Assembly (NCBI GenBank): GCA_965116495.1
Contig: OZ220696.1
Span: forward strand, 1-64,000
Origin: Gammaproteobacteria bacterium
Lineage (GTDB): Bacteria > Pseudomonadota > Gammaproteobacteria > Eutrophobiales > Eutrophobiaceae
Direction of reading: 5' to 3'
Length of the DNA: 64,000 bases
Shown: piece after piece, positions 48,860 to 59,019 of the stretch
Layout of the letters: each line of letters opens with the position of its first letter
Position numbering within the stretch: position 1 is the stretch's first letter
The notes under the pieces: model-generated
The model's input: only the letters and a program-made list of their open reading frames with translations
Told to the model about the DNA's origin: nothing
The model's database searches: none
Program-made: the position numbers and the translations under genes

Positions 48860-51151
48860 TCAGAACCTGAATGTATGTCCCAACCTGATCGTGACCTGTG
48901 TCTGGTCCGGGTCAAAGTGGCCGGGAAAATTGTTGCTTTTCATATCCGCAGTCTGGCCTACCGCGACAAATACTTCGGTTTCCGGCCGGGGAAACCAGCG
49001 GTACCTGGCTGAAAAGGAAAACCGGTCCGAAATGTTGTCGTACTGCATCTGGGTATCGATCTGCATGTCGGGAGTGAAATTGATACTGCCGTCCAGCGAG
49101 CCGATATGCACCGTCAGGTTTCCCGCCGGCAATTCAAATTTTTGCATGTTGTGCTTGGCGGTCAAACGGAAATGTTTGGACAGCCTGAATTCCAGTGAAT
49201 TGTCCAGCCCCAGGTAGTCTCCATCATAGAAGCGGCAGCACGTTAGGCCGAGATAGGCGATGACTTTTCTTGATCTTGAAGATACCAGTGAAACATCAAA
49301 CTGGTTGAAATGGTAATCTCCCACAGGGACCGGAAGCTCTCCGGCTATCAGGAAGGGTTGATTGATAACCTCCCGTAAATTATTGGCTTTAACCTTGAAT
49401 TCATCTTCACTTTGATTCCGGAATGCAGTAACCAGGGTGTAGTTATGGGTTTCAATGTTATTATCCAGGTCGGTAACAACATTGCCTATCACGCCGCCTT
49501 CCCACCACATAACCCAGCTGTCCTGAAACCGTTTCCTCCTGACATAGTCCCCGTTGTAATCACGGATACTGCGGCGGTTGACAAATCCCAGGGCAGGCTC
49601 AAACCGCTCTCCTATCTCCTTGCCGCTGATAAACCAGCGTAATAAATCATTCGGATAGCCCAGGAAAAATCCGAACATATCATCATCCTTTCCCGCTGCA
49701 GGCCCATGGACATCGTTGGAAAAACTGCGCTGGTAGAAAATATCGGCAAGAAAACGGCCCCGGTTGAACATGCTGGAGTTCTGGTACTGGAAGTCGACGC
49801 CCGCCAGGGTATTATTACCCGTGCTGTCCGGATCGCCATGCGTCAAAATCGCGCCTATACGGGATTCATCAAGTATGTCTGCCGACAACCTGGCGACGCT
49901 GAGGGTCTCCGCATCGATATTGTCCGAATTATCCATTCTTACACCCAGGGCGCCCACGTTCAGGTTGCCGACCCTGCCGGATATTTTTCCACCGGCGACG
50001 AGGTCGACGATTTCATCATTCACGATACCAATCTTGCGGGTAAAGAACGGCAATCCGTTTATGGCTGTGTTCGGCGGGGTCATAGCCCTGCCCCCGAACT
50101 CGAATATTGACCTGTCCTGGAGAAAGAAATCCCTGGTCTCGGGAAAAAACAATGAAAAGCGACCCGTATTTACCTGCCGTTCATCCAGGGGGGAATCGGA
50201 AAAATCCGTGTTAAGCGTCAGGATTCCCGTCAGTGACGGCGTTATCTTGTAGTAAATATTCCCGCTCGCCTCCGGGGTAAAACTGTCATCACGGGGACGC
50301 TGCATCCAGTCCCTTTCATAATCGATCTTACCGAACGCCTGCACGTCCAGGCCAAGGCCCCGGTTGGTATCCCGTATTCCGGAAAGTCTACCTATTTCCG
50401 AAACGTTCCAGGGGGGAAGGAATTGATCGATCTGGGACCATCTTACCGTCTCGTTCTTGTGGCGCATTTGCCGCATTATCTCGAACCCCCACTCATCGAC
50501 ACCGGGGTCAAACGAGATGCTGCGAAACGGGATTGCCATCTCCGCGGTCCAGCCATCATCCGTGCGCCTGGCCTCCACGTCCCAGATCGTATCCCACTCG
50601 GGGTAAAAGTTGCTGTTGTTTTCTATCAGCAAGTCCAACTGTGTGCCCAGGGAATTGACCATGAAGGCCATTGCGTCCCTGGCGCTGTTGTACGGATCCA
50701 GGTAAATGCGAATATTATCGTCCTGCCATAATTCGCGGTCCCGCTGCATAACGGTGGCCAGGATGTTATCCGGTTGTGAATCCCGGCAGTCAAATGCGAA
50801 ATACAGGTTATTTTCATCGTACGCCATGTAAACAACCGTGAGTTCGGAAGGCTTGGCGCCCCGGACCGGTATTGTCTGGTAAAACTTGTCTATACGGGTC
50901 GCTTTCGACCAGACAGGGTCGGAGATGTCGCCGTCGATTTTCGGCGCTTCGCTGCCGGCGATTCTTGCTATTTCAGTTTTGGGTTCATACTGCTGAAAAT
51001 CAATCGGTACGTCTTCTGCCTTCAACGGCAGACTTGTGATTACCGTAAGAATTACCAACCTGCCGACGAGAAGAGATTTCAGGCGCAAAAAAGACAAGCA
51101 AGGGCGCATCAAGCGCAGTCCGTAATGTCGAAAAAGTGAGAATACTACCAT
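48860..51151 (-). CDS. CBM9-like/DUF5916 outer-membrane protein (start probably near 51109)
   Basis: PKIDG..W, YDENNLYF, GWTAEMAIPFRSI, NTDFS, RFSLFFPETRDFFL, C-terminal FRF. Confidence 0.85.
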   Translation of the reverse strand: MVVFSLFRHYGLRLMRPCLSFLRLKSLLVGRLVILTVITSLPLKAEDVPIDFQQYEPKTEIARIAGSEAPKIDGDISDPVWSKATRIDKFYQTIPVRGAKPSELTVVYMAYDENNLYFAFDCRDSQPDNILATVMQRDRELWQDDNIRIYLDPYNSARDAMAFMVNSLGTQLDLLIENNSNFYPEWDTIWDVEARRTDDGWTAEMAIPFRSISFDPGVDEWGFEIMRQMRHKNETVRWSQIDQFLPPWNVSEIGRLSGIRDTNRGLGLDVQAFGKIDYERDWMQRPRDDSFTPEASGNIYYKITPSLTGILTLNTDFSDSPLDERQVNTGRFSLFFPETRDFFLQDRSIFEFGGRAMTPPNTAINGLPFFTRKIGIVNDEIVDLVAGGKISGRVGNLNVGALGVRMDNSDNIDAETLSVARLSADILDESRIGAILTHGDPDSTGNNTLAGVDFQYQNSSMFNRGRFLADIFYQRSFSNDVHGPAAGKDDDMFGFFLGYPNDLLRWFISGKEIGERFEPALGFVNRRSIRDYNGDYVRRKRFQDSWVMWWEGGVIGNVVTDLDNNIETHNYTLVTAFRNQSEDEFKVKANNLREVINQPFLIAGELPVPVGDYHFNQFDVSLVSSRSRKVIAYLGLTCCRFYDGDYLGLDNSLEFRLSKHFRLTAKHNMQKFELPAGNLTVHIGSLDGSINFTPDMQIDTQMQYDNISDRFSFSARYRWFPRPETEVFVAVGQTADMKSNNFPGHFDPDQTQVTIRLGHTFRF

Positions 51152-51298
51152 AATCCATTGACAGCAAACCTGTTTCCGTTAGCAACAAGCGGCCTGGTGA
51201 GAAATCTGGGTTGAGGGTTGCAATAGATAACCGGTTTGCTTGTTTCAACCAACGGATGAAGATAACATAAATTCTGAAAGCGGATTGGACCGAGTTTA

Positions 51299-52507
51299 AT
51301 GAAAATTATCGAAGCCAGAGTCATTGTAACCTGCCCGGGGCGCAATTTCGTTACCCTGAAGGTGGAGACTGACGCGGGGGTTTACGGGTTGGGTGACGCC
51401 ACGCTGAACGGGCGTGAACTGGCTGTCGTTTCATACCTGCAGGACCATGTTGTGCCTTGCCTGATCGGGCGCGACCCACGCCGGTCGGAAGATATATGGC
51501 AGTTTCTTTACCGCGGGTGTTACTGGCGGCGCGGGCCGGTGACCATGACGGCTATCGGCGCGGTGGACACGGCGCTGTGGGATATCAAGGCAAAACTGGC
51601 GGAGATGCCACTTTACCAGTTGCTCGGTGGCAGCAGCCGCAACGGGGTCATGGTTTACGGGCATGCCAATGGAGAAGATATTGAGCAAACCGTTGATGAG
51701 GTGGGTCGCTATATCGATATGGGTTACAAGGCCGTACGCGCGCAATCCGGGATCCCGGGCCTTGCCTCCACCTATGGCGTGGGGAAAGACCGGCTGTTCT
51801 ACGAACCTGCGGCTGCGGATATGCCGGTAGAGAATACCTGGTCAACGGAAAAATACCTGGACCACGTACCTGTCCTGTTCGACAAGCTCCGGCAGCAATA
51901 CGGTTATCAGCCCCATTTACTGCATGACGTACACCATCGCCTGACACCGGTTGAGGCGGCGCGCCTGGGCAAATCGCTGGAAGATTACCGCCTGTTCTGG
52001 CTGGAAGACGCGGTGCCGGCCGAGAACCAGGAAGGGTTTCGATTGATTCGCCAGCATACGGTAACGCCGCTGGCAGTCGGAGAGATATTCAATACCATCT
52101 GGGATTGTAAGGACCTGATCCGGGAGCAACTGATCGATTACATACGAACGACCGTGGCACATGCAGGAGGAATCACCCACTTGCGCCGGATTGCCGACCT
52201 CGCCGCGCTGTATCACGTCCGCACCGGTTGTCATGGGGCGACGGACCTGTCGCCGGTCTGTATGGGAGCGGCCCTGCATTTCGATACCTGGGTGCCGAAC
52301 TTCGGGATCCAGGAATACATGCGTCACAGTGAAGAAACCGACCAGGTGTTTCCCCGTGCCTATACGTTCAGGGACGGATTTCTTTATCCGGGTGAGGCGC
52401 CGGGTCATGGCGTCGATATGGATGAGGAACTGGCCGCAAAATTTCCCTACCAGCGCGCCTACCTGCCGGTGAACAGGTTGGAAGACGGCACCCTATGGAA
52501 CTGGTGA
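51299..52507 (+). CDS. manD: D-mannonate dehydratase ManD/RspA
   Basis: [36 protein letters not shown]-terminal DGTLWNW. Confidence 0.95.
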   Translation: MKIIEARVIVTCPGRNFVTLKVETDAGVYGLGDATLNGRELAVVSYLQDHVVPCLIGRDPRRSEDIWQFLYRGCYWRRGPVTMTAIGAVDTALWDIKAKLAEMPLYQLLGGSSRNGVMVYGHANGEDIEQTVDEVGRYIDMGYKAVRAQSGIPGLASTYGVGKDRLFYEPAAADMPVENTWSTEKYLDHVPVLFDKLRQQYGYQPHLLHDVHHRLTPVEAARLGKSLEDYRLFWLEDAVPAENQEGFRLIRQHTVTPLAVGEIFNTIWDCKDLIREQLIDYIRTTVAHAGGITHLRRIADLAALYHVRTGCHGATDLSPVCMGAALHFDTWVPNFGIQEYMRHSEETDQVFPRAYTFRDGFLYPGEAPGHGVDMDEELAAKFPYQRAYLPVNRLEDGTLWNW

Positions 52508-52537
52508 TTTATTTTAAGTACTCGAAAGGACATTTCA

Positions 52538-52566
52538 CTGAATACCGGGTCAAGCCCGGTATGACG
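52538..52566 (-). repeat. GTCATTCC-family REP, single copy
   Basis: CTGAATACCGGGTCAAGCCCGGTATGACG. Confidence 0.7.
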
Positions 52567-52599
52567 ACGTTGTATAAACGCAGCTATGGATGACTTCTG

Positions 52600-54081
52600 A
52601 TGTCTGCTTTACCCGTGGAATTATATACTGCCGGTCAAGTACGGGAACTGGATCGAATCGCGATTGTAGAACGGGGAATTCCATCGCTTACGTTAATGGA
52701 ACGGGCAGGGGATAGTGCCTTTGGCGTGATCACCAGGCGTTATCCCGATGCAAAAAATCTTGTTGTTATCTGCGGTGGCGGAAATAATGCCGGTGACGGT
52801 TATGTGCTGGCGCTCCTTGCGAAACAGGCGGGACTTGAGGTCAGGGTGGTGGCCCTGGTCGAACCTGAACAGCTCGGGGGAGATGCCGCTACCAGTGCGC
52901 AAAAGTACCTGCGTACGGGTACTGTTGAAGATATTCAATCAATTGACGACGCCGATTTAATCGTCGACGCCATACTGGGAAGCGGTCTGAACCGTCGCGT
53001 GGATGGTGTTTATGCCCAGGCAATCGGATTGGTCAATGAAGCAGCAGCCCCGGTCCTTGCCCTGGATATCCCCTCTGGATTGAATGCAGATACGGGAGTG
53101 TGCATGGGGACGGCTGTGCGGGCCGATGCTACAGTGACGTTCATCGGGTTGAAACGGGGACTGTTTACCGGAGAAGGACCCGGTTTCTGTGGTGAGATAT
53201 TGTACAGTGACCTGGCAACACCCGCTGACATCCACGCTTCAGTCAACGCCGATGCGCAACTGATTGAACCGAAGGCCGTGTTGCAGAACCTGCACGCCCG
53301 TCCGCGCCATGCCCATAAGGGCCGCTACGGTCACGTACTCGTCATCGGCGGTGATTACGGTTACCTGGGCGCAGCCATCCTGGCCGCGTCTGCGGCGGCC
53401 AGGACCGGGGCCGGGCTGGTTACGGTGGCGACACGGGTGGAGCACGCCGGAAATATAGCGCTGTTCCGTCCCGAATTGATGACCGCGGCCGTGACCTCGG
53501 CGCGGGACCTGGACGCGGTATTAAACAGGGTAAGCGTAGTCGCGATTGGACCGGGGCTGGGCCAGTCAGACTGGGCAATATCATTGTTTGCCAAGGTGTT
53601 GCAGACACGGCTTCCGCTCGTGGTGGACGCCGATGCCCTGAACCTGCTGGCCCTTGAACACCAGCGCCGGGAAAACTGGGTGCTGACACCGCACCCGGGT
53701 GAGGCGGCCCGGTTGTTGGATGGGACGACCGGGGAGATTCAAGCGGACAGGTTTGCGTCTATCGGATTATTACAGGCTGAATATGGCGGTGTTGTCGTCC
53801 TGAAGGGAGCCGGCAGCCTGGTCATGGAAGAGTCCGGTCCGATCTACCTCAATCGTAGTGGCAATCCGGGGATGGCCGGCGGCGGAATGGGTGACGTCCT
53901 GACCGGCATCATTGCCGGCTTGATGGCCCAGGGTATGGCGCCCGGCATGGCTGCAAAATCCGGGGTTTACCTGCACGGTCATGCAGCAGACCTCTGTGCC
54001 GGCGCCGGCGAAAGAGGGATGCTGGCCGGTGATCTCCTGCCTGTCATTCGTTCTGCCGTTAATCCGAAGCGATGCGCTTGA
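52600..54081 (+). CDS. nnr: Bifunctional NAD(P)HX epimerase/dehydratase
   Basis: LMERAG, GNNAGDG, DIPSG, HKG.YG, TPHPGEAARLL, GGMGDVL. Confidence 0.97.
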   Translation: MSALPVELYTAGQVRELDRIAIVERGIPSLTLMERAGDSAFGVITRRYPDAKNLVVICGGGNNAGDGYVLALLAKQAGLEVRVVALVEPEQLGGDAATSAQKYLRTGTVEDIQSIDDADLIVDAILGSGLNRRVDGVYAQAIGLVNEAAAPVLALDIPSGLNADTGVCMGTAVRADATVTFIGLKRGLFTGEGPGFCGEILYSDLATPADIHASVNADAQLIEPKAVLQNLHARPRHAHKGRYGHVLVIGGDYGYLGAAILAASAAARTGAGLVTVATRVEHAGNIALFRPELMTAAVTSARDLDAVLNRVSVVAIGPGLGQSDWAISLFAKVLQTRLPLVVDADALNLLALEHQRRENWVLTPHPGEAARLLDGTTGEIQADRFASIGLLQAEYGGVVVLKGAGSLVMEESGPIYLNRSGNPGMAGGGMGDVLTGIIAGLMAQGMAPGMAAKSGVYLHGHAADLCAGAGERGMLAGDLLPVIRSAVNPKRCA

Positions 54082-54551
54082 CCGTTGCGGACCCGGAGGA
54101 AATGGGCCTGTTTGCGGCCTGCTGCGCCAGGTTCATCACAGGCGGTTTTAACCTGTACCTGCACGGCGAACTGGGCGCAGGCAAGACTACGTTCGTCAGG
54201 GGATTGTTGCGGGCGCTTGACTACCGGGGAGTCGTCAAGAGCCCGACCTACACCCTGGTTGAATATTACCATGCCGCTTCCTACCGTATTTTCCACTTCG
54301 ACCTTTACCGGATAACCACGCCGGAGGAGTTGATCGACATTGGTTACCGGGACTATTTTGACGGCCGCAGTATTTGCCTGGTGGAATGGCCGGAGCGGGG
54401 CAAAGGCTGCCTGCCTGACCCTGATTTAATCATTGATATCAGCATCAACCGGTCCCGGCGCGACCTGGACTGTAAGGCACATACCGCTTCAGGTGATCAA
54501 TACCTGAAACAACTCATTTCTGCCTACCCTCAAAACAGACCGGAATTGTGA
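54072..54551 (+). CDS. tsaE: tRNA t6A biosynthesis ATPase
   Basis: GELGAGKTT, VKSPTYTLVE, HFDLYR, VEWPE. Confidence 0.97.
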   Translation: MRLTVADPEEMGLFAACCARFITGGFNLYLHGELGAGKTTFVRGLLRALDYRGVVKSPTYTLVEYYHAASYRIFHFDLYRITTPEELIDIGYRDYFDGRSICLVEWPERGKGCLPDPDLIIDISINRSRRDLDCKAHTASGDQYLKQLISAYPQNRPEL

Positions 54552-54575
54552 GGGGGCGGATTTAAGTCCGTCCCC
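54552..54575. repeat. GGGGACAG-type REP-like palindrome (copy 3, diverged)
   Basis: GGGGGCGGATTTAAGTCCGTCCCC; 4 differences from copy 2, all pairing-compatible. Confidence 0.7.
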
Positions 54576-54617
54576 GGATGCGGCATCGCTGAAAGGTAAA
54601 AAAAACAGTCAGATAGG

Positions 54618-54646
54618 TTGACTTTCTAAATAAATGTTGAGATAAT
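54618..54646 (+). promoter_or_regulatory. Sigma70-type promoter upstream of the amidase gene
   Basis: TTGACT-17-GATAAT with an extended -10 TG. Confidence 0.55.
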
Positions 54647-54679
54647 TGTCTTTAGTATTGAAGCGCAAGGGTCTGGCAA

Positions 54680-55978
54680 ATGGTGCGTTTTATCTCAAGT
54701 TATTGTTTATTCCTGATTTTTTCTTTGTCTTGTAGCGCGGGTGAAGATGTCCGCCTGAAAAACATACGGATCTGGGCTGCGCCTGACAACACCCGCGTCG
54801 TATTCGATGTATCCAGCCCGGTCAAGCACGACCTGAAACTGTTGTCGGAGCCTTTTCGTGTCGTTATCGACCTCGAAAATACCGACCCGTTCTCCAACCT
54901 GCCGCAACTGGTAATGCGCGACGAATATTTACAGGGGATCAGGAGTGGGCAGCATGGCGACTTCCTGAGAATCGTCCTGGATTTGAAAAAACACGCGCAG
55001 GCAAAGAGTTTCCTGCTGGCGCCGAACCAACACTATGGTCACAGACTGGTAGTGGATATATCGGATGGAAGAGAACAGCAGGCAGTAATTGGACAGGAAG
55101 TACCGGCATCCGGTTTTCGTGACGTTGTGATCGCTATTGATGCCGGTCACGGAGGTGAAGACCCGGGAGCGATAGGGCCGCGGGGGTCCCATGAAAAGAC
55201 GGTCGTATTGCAGATTGCAAAGAAACTGGCCCATTCCATCAATATGGAGCGCGGGATGCGGGCGGTGTTGACCAGGCGTGGTGATTATTACCTGCCGTTA
55301 CGCAGGCGTGTCGAGTTGGCGCGCAAGCACAAGGCCGACCTGTTCATTTCCATACATGCCGACGCGTTCACCAATTCCAAAGTACGCGGCTCATCCGTAT
55401 ACGTCCTGTCCAGACGAGGCGCCAGTAGTGAGCATGCGCGCTGGCTGGCTGAGCGGGAAAATGCTTCCGACCTGATCGGCGGGGTAAGCCTGGACGACAA
55501 GGACGGCCTGTTGGCCTCGGTGCTGCTGGACTTGTCCCAGACGGCAAGCCTCGAGGCCAGCATCGATGCGGCCGAGAGAGTTCTCGAGGGTTTGAAAAAA
55601 GTAGGAAGGCTGCATAAGCCCGGTGTGGAATCCGCGGCTTTTGCCGTTTTGAAATCGCCGGATATTCCCTCTTTGCTGGTCGAAACCGCGTTTATTTCCA
55701 ATCCCCAGGAAGAAAAGAAACTGCTGAGTGCCGCGCACCAGCAGAAACTGGCCCGGGCGCTGGCCGTTAGTGTTAAGCGCTATTTTGAGGGTAATCCCCC
55801 GAATGGCACATTACTGGCAACCCGGTCGCACATCATAGCGCGTGGCGATACACTGACTGAGATTGCAAAGCAGTACCGCGTCAGCCTGCGCAGTCTGCGC
55901 ACGCTGAACAGATTAGCCGATGACAGTATCAAAGTAGGGCAGGTAATAGCCATCCCGGATACCATCAGCGACGGCTGA
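54680..55978 (+). CDS. amiB: N-acetylmuramoyl-L-alanine amidase (AMIN + Amidase_3 + LysM)
   Basis: IDAGHGGEDPGA, FISIHADA, LVETAFISN, C-terminal LysM; tsaE-amiB-mutL synteny. Confidence 0.9.
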   Translation: MVRFISSYCLFLIFSLSCSAGEDVRLKNIRIWAAPDNTRVVFDVSSPVKHDLKLLSEPFRVVIDLENTDPFSNLPQLVMRDEYLQGIRSGQHGDFLRIVLDLKKHAQAKSFLLAPNQHYGHRLVVDISDGREQQAVIGQEVPASGFRDVVIAIDAGHGGEDPGAIGPRGSHEKTVVLQIAKKLAHSINMERGMRAVLTRRGDYYLPLRRRVELARKHKADLFISIHADAFTNSKVRGSSVYVLSRRGASSEHARWLAERENASDLIGGVSLDDKDGLLASVLLDLSQTASLEASIDAAERVLEGLKKVGRLHKPGVESAAFAVLKSPDIPSLLVETAFISNPQEEKKLLSAAHQQKLARALAVSVKRYFEGNPPNGTLLATRSHIIARGDTLTEIAKQYRVSLRSLRTLNRLADDSIKVGQVIAIPDTISDG

Positions 55979-55987
55979 AACATCATC

Positions 55988-57712
55988 ATGAAAGTGCCCA
56001 GGATTGCCGAATTGCCCGCAACCCTGGCAAGCCAGATCGCGGCAGGGGAGGTCATTGAACGGCCGGCGGCCGTTGTCAAGGAATTACTGGATAACAGTAT
56101 TGACGCTGGCGCCGGTAAGGTGGTGGTAACGATAGCCGAGGGTGGGCACAGGCTGATTTCGGTCAGTGATGACGGCCACGGTATCCATCCCGATGATATT
56201 CAACTGGCATTGCGGCGCCACAGCACCAGCAAGCTCAATACGCAGTCCGACCTGGACTGTATCAACAGTCTGGGATTTCGCGGTGAGGCCCTGGCCAGCA
56301 TTGCAGCCGTTTCAAGGTTCTTACTTGTCTCAAGAACCGCGCAGTCAGAATCCGCCTGGTCATTGTCGTTCGATCCGGTCAGCGGCAATTCAATTCTCAA
56401 ACCGGCGGCGCAGTCCCGGGGGACCACCGTAGAGGTTGCCGATATTTTTCAGGCGACACCGGCGCGGCGCAAGTTTCTGCGTAGCCGTACAACCGAGTTC
56501 CTGCATATCAGCGAAGTATTCAAGCGCGTGGCCTGCAGTCGTTTCAACATCACTTTTATACTGGCACATAACAATAAACAGGTACTACGCTATCGCGCCT
56601 GCCGGGACGATATGACTGAAAGGGTGGCAGACGTATTCGGCCATCAGTTTGCGAGCCAGTCCATCCCTGTGGATTATGCATCCTCGGGGATGAGATTGTG
56701 GGGCTGGCTGGGAGGAAGCAGTCTCAACCGCAGCCAGTCCGATCGCCAGTTTTGTTTTGTTAACGGCCGGGTAGTCCGGGACAAGAAGATCTTTCATGCG
56801 GTTCGCTCCGCGTTCGATGATGCGCTGCCTGTGGGCCGTTTTCCGACCTACCTGCTGAACCTGGATATCGATCCGTCGGTCACCGACATCAATGTCCATC
56901 CGACAAAAAGTGAAATACGCTTCAAGGATGTGCGGGGTGTTCATGATTTTGTTCATATCAGCCTGCGGGATGCACTGAAAACCGCACAATCGCCTGCATT
57001 AAACATTACCGGCAATATGCCTGAAAGCAGGTCGGCGCCGGGTCCGGGACCCCGGTCTCACGGCCACAGGCTACAGGTCAGGGAAGCTGGCCTGTTCTAC
57101 AAAAATATCGCTCCCCGTGAGGGGCAGGATAACCTGCTCGATAAGCAGGCCGGACTTGGCGCGCCCCTGGCGGCATTCACCGGCCGGCTGGTAATGACGC
57201 AAAGAGACGAGGAATACGTGCTGTTGGACTACCAGACCGCAAGAAAGTATGTTCTGGGTTACCGGTTAAGGCAGGAATACCTGGCCGGGCCCGTCCGTCA
57301 GCGGCCGTTATTGGTTCCCGTACACGTGGAAACAGGTCCCCTGCAGGTTGAACTTGTCGAGAAGCATGCCGACCTGCTGGAAACGCTCGGACTGTCATTG
57401 AGGGCTGTTTCAACCGGTGTTATCTCCATCAAGGCTATTCCCGTACTGCTTGAGGGAGCAGATATCATGACCCTGTCGACAGCCGTATTGGAAAAGCTGC
57501 AGCGCCTGGACAAAAATCCGGCCCCGGCAGAACAGTTACTGGCTGTCATATCGCAAAGTCCGGGAAGCGCCGTGGAAACGCCGTCCGGTCCCGGGATGCA
57601 GAGTTTACTGGACGACCTGGACAGGACTGATCTTGATACTGCGCAAAGACATCACAAGGGTATGTGGCGGACGCTATCGATAGATGAACTGCGAGCTTTG
57701 ATCGATGAATGA
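55988..57712 (+). CDS. mutL: DNA mismatch repair protein MutL
   Basis: QIAAGEVIERP, TSKL, GFRGEALASI, DINVHPTK. Confidence 0.96.
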   Translation: MKVPRIAELPATLASQIAAGEVIERPAAVVKELLDNSIDAGAGKVVVTIAEGGHRLISVSDDGHGIHPDDIQLALRRHSTSKLNTQSDLDCINSLGFRGEALASIAAVSRFLLVSRTAQSESAWSLSFDPVSGNSILKPAAQSRGTTVEVADIFQATPARRKFLRSRTTEFLHISEVFKRVACSRFNITFILAHNNKQVLRYRACRDDMTERVADVFGHQFASQSIPVDYASSGMRLWGWLGGSSLNRSQSDRQFCFVNGRVVRDKKIFHAVRSAFDDALPVGRFPTYLLNLDIDPSVTDINVHPTKSEIRFKDVRGVHDFVHISLRDALKTAQSPALNITGNMPESRSAPGPGPRSHGHRLQVREAGLFYKNIAPREGQDNLLDKQAGLGAPLAAFTGRLVMTQRDEEYVLLDYQTARKYVLGYRLRQEYLAGPVRQRPLLVPVHVETGPLQVELVEKHADLLETLGLSLRAVSTGVISIKAIPVLLEGADIMTLSTAVLEKLQRLDKNPAPAEQLLAVISQSPGSAVETPSGPGMQSLLDDLDRTDLDTAQRHHKGMWRTLSIDELRALIDE

Positions 57713-58649
57713 CACGGTCATCTTTCTCATGGGACCCACGGCCAGCGGCAAGACTTCCCTGGCGGTTGAACTGGTAAAACACCTGCCCCTGGAGATAATC
57801 AGCGTTGATTCGGCCATGGTGTACCGGGGAATGGATATCGGCACGGCGAAACCAACCCGGGAAGTGCTGGAGGTCGCCCCCCACCGTCTGATTGACATAT
57901 GTGACTCGACCGAGGCTTATTCCGCCGGCAGGTTCCGGCGCGATGCCATGACGGCCATTGAAGAAATCCGGGGAAACGACCGGATACCCGTCCTGGTCGG
58001 CGGCACGGGGTTGTATTTTCGTTCCCTGGAACAGGGATTTTCCGACTTGCCATCCACGGACCCGGCATTACGGACACGCCTCACACGGATGTTGCGGGAA
58101 CGCGGTTCCCCGGCACTGCACGCAGAATTAAGCCGGGTCGATCCGGCCTCTGCCGGGCGTCTCCATCCCAATGACTCGCAGCGCATCCAACGGGCGCTGG
58201 AAGTGTATGAAATGACAAAGACGCCACTTTCCGTCCTGCTCGAAGAAGGCCGGCTAGGGGCGTTGCCCTATAAAGTTATCAAGCTGGCTCTGGCCCCGCC
58301 GGACCCGCGTATTATTCGCGAACAGGCCCGGCAGCGATTTGTCCGGATGCTGGATAACGGCCTGGTAGATGAAGTAAATGGTTTCTTCACGCGGGAAGAT
58401 ATGCACGCGGGCCTGAGTTCCATGCGCATGGTCGGGTACCGGCAGGTATGGTGTTACCTGGCAGGCCGTTTCAGTTATTCCGAGATGCTGGAACGCGCCG
58501 TTATCGCGACGCGGCAACTGGCAAAACGCCAGTTGACCTGGTTGCGAGCAGAGCAGAATACCACCTGGTTCGATAGTTCCAGGCCGGAGATTGCACGGGA
58601 AGTTACGGAGTTTTTGCGCAACAGTCCCGCGTTTTCTTCCGGTTTGTAA
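57705..58649 (+). CDS. miaA: tRNA dimethylallyltransferase
   Basis: GPTASGKT, SVDSAMVYRGMDIGTAKP, RQLAKRQLTW. Confidence 0.98.
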   Translation: MNDTVIFLMGPTASGKTSLAVELVKHLPLEIISVDSAMVYRGMDIGTAKPTREVLEVAPHRLIDICDSTEAYSAGRFRRDAMTAIEEIRGNDRIPVLVGGTGLYFRSLEQGFSDLPSTDPALRTRLTRMLRERGSPALHAELSRVDPASAGRLHPNDSQRIQRALEVYEMTKTPLSVLLEEGRLGALPYKVIKLALAPPDPRIIREQARQRFVRMLDNGLVDEVNGFFTREDMHAGLSSMRMVGYRQVWCYLAGRFSYSEMLERAVIATRQLAKRQLTWLRAEQNTTWFDSSRPEIAREVTEFLRNSPAFSSGL

Positions 58650-58759
58650 TATACTTGTATCAACCCCGCGATTAAGTCCAGCCGTTATCGGTTACAGGGA
58701 TAAACCGGAAAGGGGGTACAGACAATAATAATCAGAACAAATAGTAATGAGGTTTTATT

Positions 58760-59002
58760 ATGAGTAAGGGGCATACACTCCAGGATCCATTCCTCAACAC
58801 TTTGCGCAAGGAACGGATTCCCGTATCGATTTATCTCGCCAACGGTATCAAACTGCAAGGACATGTCGAATCATTTGACCAGTTCGTAATACTGCTGAAA
58901 AACACGGTGAGTCAACTGGTATACAAACATGCAATCTCAACGATTGTGCCTGCCAGGAACGTAAGGTTGCCACTGGCGGATGACGAGAGCAGTGAGTCCT
59001 GA
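58760..59002 (+). CDS. hfq: RNA chaperone Hfq
   Basis: [26 protein letters not shown]. Confidence 0.99.
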   Translation: MSKGHTLQDPFLNTLRKERIPVSIYLANGIKLQGHVESFDQFVILLKNTVSQLVYKHAISTIVPARNVRLPLADDESSES

Positions 59003-59019
59003 TCAGGGCCGCGACATAA

